This document shows, one piece after another, positions 57,372 to 64,000 of a stretch of 64,000 bases of DNA; the stretch's first letter is position 1; every line of letters begins with the position of its first letter. Location: NCBI GenBank assembly GCA_035934555.1, contig DASYXT010000039.1, positions 50,643 to 114,642 of the forward strand, written 5' to 3'. The notes under the pieces are model-generated. The model saw only the letters and a list, made by a program, of their open reading frames with translations. It ran no database searches and was not told the origin of the DNA. The stretch comes from Verrucomicrobiia bacterium (lineage in GTDB: Bacteria > Verrucomicrobiota > Verrucomicrobiia > Limisphaerales > UBA8199). The position numbers and the translations under genes were made by a program.

Positions 57372-59327
57372 ATGTTATTCTCGCGCTCTGCCCATAAAGC
57401 GTTCCTGAGCGGGCTGCTGGCCTTGGGCATCCCCGCCGGCCTGCTGGCCCAAGGCATTTACACCCCGAGCGGGAGCGAATACCCCATCGCCCCATCACTG
57501 CCCGGCGACCAGGTTCATCCCTGCCTCGCGCTCACCACCAATGGCGGGTTCCTCGTTTGGGAAGACAATATCACCGACGGCTACGGCCTGGGGATTAGCG
57601 CAATACGTTTGGATAGCGGCTTCTCCCCAACGCTCGCGCCGTTCCGGGTCAATGTGACCGGCACCAATGATCAAGAGCATGCGAAGGTCTCGCTGCTTAA
57701 GGGCGGTGGTGCGGCATTCGTTTGGCAAGGAGGTAAGGAAGGCTTGCAGCACATCTTTGCCCGCTTTCTTTCTAGTTCGAACACTTGGCTCTCGAGTACA
57801 GACATTGTGGTAAACGCTGTCTCGACCCGTTATCAAGTCAATCCCGCCATCGCGACACTTACCAACGGCAATGTCGTCATAGTCTATAGCAGCCTCAATC
57901 AGCAGGCTACCAATTCCCTGCAAGATGTGTACGGCCAAATCTTCTCTTCCACTGGTCAGAAGGTCGGCGGTGAGTTTCTTATCAACCAGTTTGCCGCCTA
58001 TAATCAGCGGGACCCCTCCGTTGCGGCGCTCGCGACGGGCGGCTTCGCGGTTGTTTGGATTTCCGAGCAAGAGCGCAGCGGGAACATGGATAACGCTAAC
58101 TCGTCTTACCTTTATTCGGTCAGCACCAACAGGGCGACGGTGGATGTTTTTGGCCGGCTGTATAGCGCTGCCGGGACACCCGTGGCCGGCGAGTTTCTCG
58201 TGAATAGCAGCTATGATATCTGTTCGAGTCCTGTCCTGGCCGCGGGCACCGATGGTGGGTTCATGGTTGCCTGGGCCCAAAGGAACGCGCAAATCCCTCA
58301 ATATAGCTGGGATGTTTATGCCCGCCCTTATTCGAGTGCGGGCGTTGGCGGCTCGACCCAAACCGTTAACACTTACCTCTATGGCGATCAGTACCTCCCC
58401 CGGATCAGCGCTTTGGGGACCGACTATTTTGTCGTTTGGACCAGCCTGGCCCAGGATGGCTCCCGCGAAGGCGTGTTCGGTCAGTACCTGCGCAGTGATG
58501 GCACGCGCGTCGGGGGCGAGCTGCGTATCAATACCACCACTATCGGCCAGCAAATTCACCCCAATGTGGCCTCCGACGGGTTCAGCCGCTTCGTCATCGC
58601 CTGGACCAGCTATACTGCCGGTGGCAACAGCTTCGATTTATTTGCCCAGCGCTACGTCAATACGGCTCAACCGCTGGTGCCGATGAATCCGCCCTTCGTT
58701 GATGTGCCGTTCATTCTGGTCAATGGCGCTTATGTTCCCCAAATCCGCGTGTCTTGGCCGCTTCAGTCGGGTCTGCCGATCGATCACTACGAGGTTTATG
58801 CGAATGGGTCGCTCACCCCGGCTGCTCTGCTGACCAACGTTGGCACATGGACCCTCACTGGCATCGCGCCGGGCAGTAGCAACTCATTTCAGGTTACCTA
58901 CGCAACCACCGATGGCCGCCGCGCGCCGTTGTCTGGCGCCAGCACCGCCACCACTTGGCTGGGTTATAGCTGGTATGGCGAACTGCCTCTTGAATGGATG
59001 CAGAAGTACTACACTTGGGACAGCTCTCACTGGCCCTCCCCCAATGTCCCCCTCACTGCTGGCGGCCCCTCGCTCGAACAAGTGTTTCTCTCGGGCGGCA
59101 GCCCGCTGGACGCCAGCACCTGGCTGCGCACGGCACTGGCGGGCACGCCTCAAGGATTTTTCCTCAACTGGAACCCGCACCCCGGCTATACGTACCAGGT
59201 CCAGACCTCGAGCAACCTGAGTTCGTGGTCGAACATCGGGGCGCCGCGCTTTGCGGCCGGCAGTAACGACTCACTCTACGTGGGCATCCATAACCCCGCT
59301 TACTATCGCGTGCTGCTCCTCCGCTGA
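57372..59327 (+). CDS. Secreted seven-repeat (propeller-like) protein with a C-terminal beta-sandwich module
   Basis: Signal peptide. There are seven units of about 55 aa: G-x-EF-x-VN...Q-x-x-P-x-VA...GGF-x-V-x-W...(D)V(F/Y)GQ-x-(F/Y). The C-terminus reads FFLNWNPHPGYTYQVQTSSNLSSWSN...YYRVLLL. Confidence 0.6.
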   Translation: MLFSRSAHKAFLSGLLALGIPAGLLAQGIYTPSGSEYPIAPSLPGDQVHPCLALTTNGGFLVWEDNITDGYGLGISAIRLDSGFSPTLAPFRVNVTGTNDQEHAKVSLLKGGGAAFVWQGGKEGLQHIFARFLSSSNTWLSSTDIVVNAVSTRYQVNPAIATLTNGNVVIVYSSLNQQATNSLQDVYGQIFSSTGQKVGGEFLINQFAAYNQRDPSVAALATGGFAVVWISEQERSGNMDNANSSYLYSVSTNRATVDVFGRLYSAAGTPVAGEFLVNSSYDICSSPVLAAGTDGGFMVAWAQRNAQIPQYSWDVYARPYSSAGVGGSTQTVNTYLYGDQYLPRISALGTDYFVVWTSLAQDGSREGVFGQYLRSDGTRVGGELRINTTTIGQQIHPNVASDGFSRFVIAWTSYTAGGNSFDLFAQRYVNTAQPLVPMNPPFVDVPFILVNGAYVPQIRVSWPLQSGLPIDHYEVYANGSLTPAALLTNVGTWTLTGIAPGSSNSFQVTYATTDGRRAPLSGASTATTWLGYSWYGELPLEWMQKYYTWDSSHWPSPNVPLTAGGPSLEQVFLSGGSPLDASTWLRTALAGTPQGFFLNWNPHPGYTYQVQTSSNLSSWSNIGAPRFAAGSNDSLYVGIHNPAYYRVLLLR

Positions 59328-59337
59328 ATTCATTTCT

Positions 59338-61719
59338 ATGCTGCGATTATTCAAACGCTCCCTTTCGCTGGCCTTGCTGGCCGCCGGCCTCAAGCCCGCG
59401 CTCGGTTTCGTGCTCCTCGGGCCCGTGAACGAGCCCTACCAGGTGACTACCATCGGCTACAACCTCCCTGTGGACGTCGGTGCTCCCAAAAACTTCGGCG
59501 AGGAGTTCCGCCGGAACACTCCGGTCATGTACTATGCCTGTGACGCCAGTTTCCGGAATTACTTCGGTGATGCAGGTGTCGCTGCGATCGATTCTGCTTT
59601 CAATGTTTATAACAACCTCGGGCCGGTCTCCAGCTTCAGCCCCGGCCTCTCCGAATTCCCGTTTAAGACCTCCCGGAAGAATTACCAGGCTGAGGCGCTA
59701 TACATGCTGGACATCAAAGCGGTGACGATGCAGTTGATCATCGAGACGCTTGGCCTGGGTGAGCCTTCCCGGTACAACTGGTGTCTCCATGATCGGTACC
59801 TGCTTCCTGGCACGGCCTGCCCCTTTGGCGAGGAATACCTGGTGATCAAACGCAACTTCGATCCGCCTTATGGGACCGCACTCGATCAGCTCAAGCCCAC
59901 TAGCTATGTCAATGGCGTTCTTTACGGTTATACCATCCAGGAGTTTTGCACCGGGCCAGACCCCCTGGCGTTTTGCCTCCCGTTCGCTGTCGATAACACC
60001 GCTGATGTGGACAGTGTCAACACCCCCGTGTCCGATTATTTCGGTTTTGGCTATGCCTTCACGACTTTCTCCTACTCTCCCTTCGGTTTGTTCTATAACG
60101 GGTTGACCTACGATGATGTCGGCGGACTCCGCTACCTTTATCGTACCAACAACGTCAATTACGAAAGCTCCGGCCCCGACTCCTTCGTGCACGTGACCAA
60201 TACTACCCCTACGCTTTTGGTCACTTCCAACCTGACGCTGCTTGCTTCCCAGGCGCTTACGAATGACGCCCCGACACTCCTCACGCTTTATCCGAACCTC
60301 ACCATCCTGGCGAGCAGCAACTTCTTTTCTAACGTTTACACGACCAATTACACCGCGTACTTCACTAATTTCCCCTGGGACCCGGTCGGCACACCAGCTC
60401 ACCTGGCCTTCCTGACGAATGTCACCTCGACGGTGGCCACCCTGTATGCCCATACCTTTGGTAATGTTGAACAGGTCGTGCCCAGCGCAACCGCCCCTTC
60501 AGGTTGGGCGTTTGTGCCACTATTGAGCCCGCCTGCCCCGAACGGCCGCGCGTGGGTTACCGTCCAGACTACCACCGTTGGGATCTCGAATAATCCCTGG
60601 GGCCCGGTCGGCAGTACCCAGACCATAACCAATACCTCTTCGCAGACTTACCAAACCAACGGGGTGGTTGGGGATTATGTCATTCTCCCCACCAACTGGT
60701 GCGAGGTGTCCATTATTGCCGCCCAACTCACCAATGTTACCTCGTTCACCAACCCCATCACCGTCGCGACTAATTTCCTCGTTAATACCAACGTCAGCGG
60801 GTCCCTGATTTCCTTCACCCAGAACCTGGTGACCTATTTCACTAACCATTACTTTGTTGTTTATCCGATCACTTGCAACAATTCGAATGTCGCGCTGTAT
60901 CAGGGTATTGATAAATTCACTTTCATTCGCCGTGATTTCGACTCACTCACAGGCCGCTACTGGCAGCCAATCACCAACTGGTATGTGCTGAACATGGTCA
61001 CGAATAACACCATCGTCCCTCAGCGGGTGCACCGTGTGGTCGTGCGGCCGGACATCCTCATTTCGGCGGCCGATTTAGCATCCGGACCTGGCGCGGTACC
61101 TAACGTAGTGGTAGTCACCCGCAGCATGGGCGCCGGTGGTGGCTATAACACCAATTATGTCAACTACAACCTGGCCGGGCCGGGCACGATCGAGAGCGGT
61201 AATGTACCCGGGCCGCCCGGCGGAGGTGTGTTGCCGGGCACTCAGTTCACTTATAACAATGTCGGTCCGATCTTCTTCAATGTCGGGTTGGTGGACACCA
61301 ACGCCTTCCTCGAGGACCAGGACCAGGTTCCGGTTTTCATCTGGGGGTCATTCGATGGCACTACTAATGCCCCCACCGTCTATCCTAATGATTTGAGCAT
61401 CACCACCCTCGAGAATGAAATGCTGGTTCAGGTCACTCCCCAGTCGCTGCCCGACGGTACCGTCAACTCTACCTATTCCGTTGCGTTGCAGGTCCAAAGC
61501 GCAACTCCGAACATCCAAGGGCCGTTCACCTGGACATTGGCTCCGAGTTCGCCCGGTTTACCGCCTGGACTGTACCTCTCCACTGACGGCTTCAACAGCG
61601 GTCTGATTTCCGGCACGCCGCTCCAGGACGGTTTCTTTGATTTTGTCCTGGAAGTGACCGATGCGTTCGGCAACACCATCGATCGCAGCACGTCGATTCA
61701 TATCCTGCCGTCACAATAA
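59338..61719 (+). CDS. Secreted hypothetical protein with a C-terminal putative Ig (dystroglycan/cadherin-like) domain
   Basis: Signal peptide from MLRLFKRSLSLALLAAGL. The C-terminus LPDGTVNSTYSVALQ...PFTWTLA..LPPGL.L...G.ISGTP...G.F.F.LEVTD fits the 'putative Ig' pattern. The rest is unrecognised. Confidence 0.55.
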   Translation: MLRLFKRSLSLALLAAGLKPALGFVLLGPVNEPYQVTTIGYNLPVDVGAPKNFGEEFRRNTPVMYYACDASFRNYFGDAGVAAIDSAFNVYNNLGPVSSFSPGLSEFPFKTSRKNYQAEALYMLDIKAVTMQLIIETLGLGEPSRYNWCLHDRYLLPGTACPFGEEYLVIKRNFDPPYGTALDQLKPTSYVNGVLYGYTIQEFCTGPDPLAFCLPFAVDNTADVDSVNTPVSDYFGFGYAFTTFSYSPFGLFYNGLTYDDVGGLRYLYRTNNVNYESSGPDSFVHVTNTTPTLLVTSNLTLLASQALTNDAPTLLTLYPNLTILASSNFFSNVYTTNYTAYFTNFPWDPVGTPAHLAFLTNVTSTVATLYAHTFGNVEQVVPSATAPSGWAFVPLLSPPAPNGRAWVTVQTTTVGISNNPWGPVGSTQTITNTSSQTYQTNGVVGDYVILPTNWCEVSIIAAQLTNVTSFTNPITVATNFLVNTNVSGSLISFTQNLVTYFTNHYFVVYPITCNNSNVALYQGIDKFTFIRRDFDSLTGRYWQPITNWYVLNMVTNNTIVPQRVHRVVVRPDILISAADLASGPGAVPNVVVVTRSMGAGGGYNTNYVNYNLAGPGTIESGNVPGPPGGGVLPGTQFTYNNVGPIFFNVGLVDTNAFLEDQDQVPVFIWGSFDGTTNAPTVYPNDLSITTLENEMLVQVTPQSLPDGTVNSTYSVALQVQSATPNIQGPFTWTLAPSSPGLPPGLYLSTDGFNSGLISGTPLQDGFFDFVLEVTDAFGNTIDRSTSIHILPSQ

Positions 61720-61761
61720 AGCCACTCAGCCATGGAAGCCATTTTTCACAGGCATTTGTTT

Positions 61762-64000
61762 ATGAGACCGAAGTTAATCGCTGCCGTAGTGTCGCTAGCA
61801 TTGTTATCGGCCACGGTTTCCCGCGCGGCCGACCCGATTTGGGAGAATTGGGGCAATTATTTCCTGAACTTCACCAACGCACAATACACGCCGCCGATTG
61901 ACGCCGTCACCGTTGTCAATCACTCGGGTGCCACATTTACAGTTGGTACCAGCTCCACCTTCAACACGTTTGACACCGTCAATTACACCAATCAGGGACA
62001 GATGACCGGCAATCCGGGGTTCGATTTCGAGAACATACCTTCCGGTGACGGCGTGGCGACCTGGAGTTCTAATTTCATCAACCAGCAAGGCGGAGGGAAC
62101 AACGGCACGATCAGCTGCGACGGCATTTTCACTTTCTTCATCACCCCCCAGCTTCCAGCCGGCAATCTCACCGGCAGCTCCAAATGCCTGGTTTATGCCA
62201 GCAATATTGTCAATTCCGGCACCATTAATATGAGTGCCAGCAGCCTCATTAAAATGCACGGCACGAGCGTAGATATTAGCCGTGGGGCGATTCTGATGGC
62301 CAATCCCAGTGACTTATTTGGTTTCTTTACCGCCGGCCAACTGGATGGGTACTGGGGCGTTGGCACTGCCGATATCCGTTACTTCAACGCGCCGCCGAAT
62401 AATGCGGGCCAGGCCAGTTTACTAAACCCGACAGCGATGTTCCCCATCGTCAACGGGGCGACGGAGGCAATCCCCGACGTGTATAATATAACCAACCGGT
62501 ATTCCGTCCCAGGGTTTGGACAGTTGGTGCTCTTTAACCCGCTGGTTTACACGCTCACTTGGGTCGCTAATAATGGTACTAACTTCCTGACGCAGGTGGT
62601 CGCGCTGCTTAATACCAACGCTGCTTTCACCCCGAGCGTATATTTCTCCCCGAACGAAATCGGCGTGCAGTGGCAGTGGAGTTCAACCAATTTCCCAAAC
62701 GGCGGCGTTAATTCGAGTAACTATTTGTTCCTGACCGATGACTTCGGTGAGGTCACCAACCTCCAAACGGTGATTGATGGCCAGGCGGGGCCGCGGCTCA
62801 CCTATATCCCCATCAACTATAACTTTGTTCAGGGCACGCCCTACACAACCTTCAACCCGTTTGCCATTCAAGGTCAGCCGGTTTCCCCAGGTCAGATCCC
62901 ATTCATCCCCGGCGTCGTCACCAACGATTACTCGGCTTATCAGGCAATCTTTTCTGCCGCGACCGAACTGCCGACTGACGTCGGCTTCGGCAATGTCACC
63001 AATCTAGCTGGCCGTATTGAGATCACCGCGGACAAATTTCTTAACCTGACCAGCAGCCGCATCTCTTCACTGAATTATCTTTTATTGAAGAGCACCAACC
63101 ATTTTGCCGGCAGCAGAGGCGCCGTCATCTCCTCCCCGAACCTGGACTTGTATCTCCGCACCACAAATGCCATTTTGAATGTGACCAATCTCGTCGCCCC
63201 CTACTTGAACCATCTCGCTGGCACTTGTGATCTGTGGAGCGCCCGGTGGACGAATGTCGTCGGCTCGGTAACCAACTCCTTTCATGTGCTCTTCGTGGAC
63301 AGCGCGTTTTCTCCGGTCACCGCCCCGCTGATTCAGACGCTCAATCTTACAGTCACGAATTTTAACGCCGCGACGAACAATCTGGTGATCAGCGACGTGC
63401 TGAACGTCACCGCCAACCTCTTACTCAAGGCCGACACGCTTACGATCACCACGAACCCCGGCAACATCTTTGCTCCGGTCGGCCAGCTCAACATTCTCAA
63501 CCCAAATATCGTTTGGTCCACCGCGCTGCCTGGCCTGAGTGCCCTGACCAACTGGGGCATTATTACTGCCCAAAACGCCGTGTACTTCGGCGGTTCCCGC
63601 AGTCAGCCTCCTTATAACACCAATATCGTGGATGTCCCTTATCAGAACTTTGTCAACTACGGCGGCATCACTAACCAGGCAACACTCCTCTGGTCCACGC
63701 TGTTCCAGAATAGCGGCGTGTTCGAGTGTGGCCAGGGGTCCTTCAATCTCCAGAAAGCTTGCCTCGTTACTCTCACCAACGGGTTAATCCATGCTCGCGG
63801 CGGTGATATCGATCTGACTGGCTGCAGCATGCTGGTGAGCAATCATGCGCTGCTGGCCGGTGGCGCGTTGACCCTGGCGGTTACCAACTCGCTAGACGAT
63901 GGCAGTCTCGGCCCCAACAGCGCCGATGGCATTACGAATAAGAACTCCTGGCTGGCAGGCAATGGCATCAACTTGCTGGTGCTGCCCTCCCAAGCCAGCC
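61762..64000 (+). CDS. Large secreted Asn/Thr-rich protein (>746 aa), 3' end outside the window; not in the supplied ORF track
   Basis: I translated it by hand from the ATG at 61762 (MRPKLIAAVVSLALLSATVSRAADPIWENW...) to base 64000 and met no stop codon. It has a signal peptide and many short beta-strand-like N-x-T/L-x-L segments. Confidence 0.7.
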   Translation, partial: MRPKLIAAVVSLALLSATVSRAADPIWENWGNYFLNFTNAQYTPPIDAVTVVNHSGATFTVGTSSTFNTFDTVNYTNQGQMTGNPGFDFENIPSGDGVATWSSNFINQQGGGNNGTISCDGIFTFFITPQLPAGNLTGSSKCLVYASNIVNSGTINMSASSLIKMHGTSVDISRGAILMANPSDLFGFFTAGQLDGYWGVGTADIRYFNAPPNNAGQASLLNPTAMFPIVNGATEAIPDVYNITNRYSVPGFGQLVLFNPLVYTLTWVANNGTNFLTQVVALLNTNAAFTPSVYFSPNEIGVQWQWSSTNFPNGGVNSSNYLFLTDDFGEVTNLQTVIDGQAGPRLTYIPINYNFVQGTPYTTFNPFAIQGQPVSPGQIPFIPGVVTNDYSAYQAIFSAATELPTDVGFGNVTNLAGRIEITADKFLNLTSSRISSLNYLLLKSTNHFAGSRGAVISSPNLDLYLRTTNAILNVTNLVAPYLNHLAGTCDLWSARWTNVVGSVTNSFHVLFVDSAFSPVTAPLIQTLNLTVTNFNAATNNLVISDVLNVTANLLLKADTLTITTNPGNIFAPVGQLNILNPNIVWSTALPGLSALTNWGIITAQNAVYFGGSRSQPPYNTNIVDVPYQNFVNYGGITNQATLLWSTLFQNSGVFECGQGSFNLQKACLVTLTNGLIHARGGDIDLTGCSMLVSNHALLAGGALTLAVTNSLDDGSLGPNSADGITNKNSWLAGNGINLLVLPSQAS

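Noticed and set aside
5534-58559. Many long antisense or out-of-frame ORFs in the track. Examples: 5534..6496(-), 10259..11422(-), 12355..13488(+), 14187..15032(-), 36113..37081(+), 46632..47612(+), 54255..55157(-), 55167..57125(-) and 57495..58559(-).
   Set aside because: Each lies entirely opposite or inside a gene with strong family motifs. Each has Arg/Ala/Gly/Pro-rich, low-information composition typical of shadow frames in high-GC DNA.
59338-64000. An apparent abundance of N-x-S/T sequons that might suggest N-glycosylated adhesins (HMW1C-type).
   Set aside because: A rough expectation from the very high Asn, Ser and Thr content (about 15 sequons per 746 aa) matches what I counted by eye. 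There is therefore no demonstrable enrichment.
1-64000. CRISPR arrays, tRNA/rRNA genes, integrases or transposases.
   Set aside because: I saw no regularly spaced direct repeats, no tRNA T-arm-like GGTTCGAATCC motifs, and no ORF with recombinase or transposase motifs. tRNAscan, Infernal and ISfinder runs would be the decisive check.

Overview
This is a high-GC chromosomal window with about 55 protein-coding genes. I found no rRNA, tRNA or CRISPR array by eye. The gene content points to a PVC-superphylum, Verrucomicrobiota-like organism. That inference rests on prepilin-type proteins with the CINNLRQI motif, a PEP-CTERM protein, several Tat-signal Gfo/Idh/MocA oxidoreductases and an Amuc_1100-family protein. 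Recognisable blocks run as follows. At the left end are a PQQ-like propeller protein, a ModF-like ABC ATPase, an HNH endonuclease, a Tat FAD oxidoreductase and CutA. Next is a complete bidirectional [NiFe] hydrogenase operon, hoxEFUYH-hoxW (6.7-12.1 kb). It is followed by a pseudopilin, a LysR regulator, tig, pyrB-pyrR, apbC/mrp and a group of secreted hypothetical proteins. After those come a long U32 peptidase, three Tat-signal Gfo/Idh/MocA paralogs, a PEP-CTERM gene pair and lspA-rluD. A lysine catabolism pair (lat plus an ALDH7-type P6C dehydrogenase), korAB, a polyprenyl-phosphate mannose synthase and bcp follow. Then come a two-HKD PLD protein downstream of infA, a GT4 glycosyltransferase and the operon folP-cdaA-cdaR-glmM. 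The most interesting block is at 50.7 to >64 kb. It has a pilMNOPQ-like order: a PilM-PilN fusion, an Amuc_1100-family protein at the PilO position, a PilP-position protein, and a TPR/poly-Gly secretin. Three large Sec-signal proteins of unknown function follow it tightly. The last of these is absent from the ORF track because it runs off the window. Non-coding structure includes a nested-palindrome REP/MITE-like family (4 copies) and 7-bp-phased TTGA/TGA heptad repeats (4 loci). There is also a roughly 217-bp segmental tandem duplication carrying a long hairpin, a 14-bp tandem duplication that frameshifts a gene, and a strongly G-skewed 0.65-kb spacer. All calls are made by eye from motifs and remembered family signatures. 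No searches or statistics were run.
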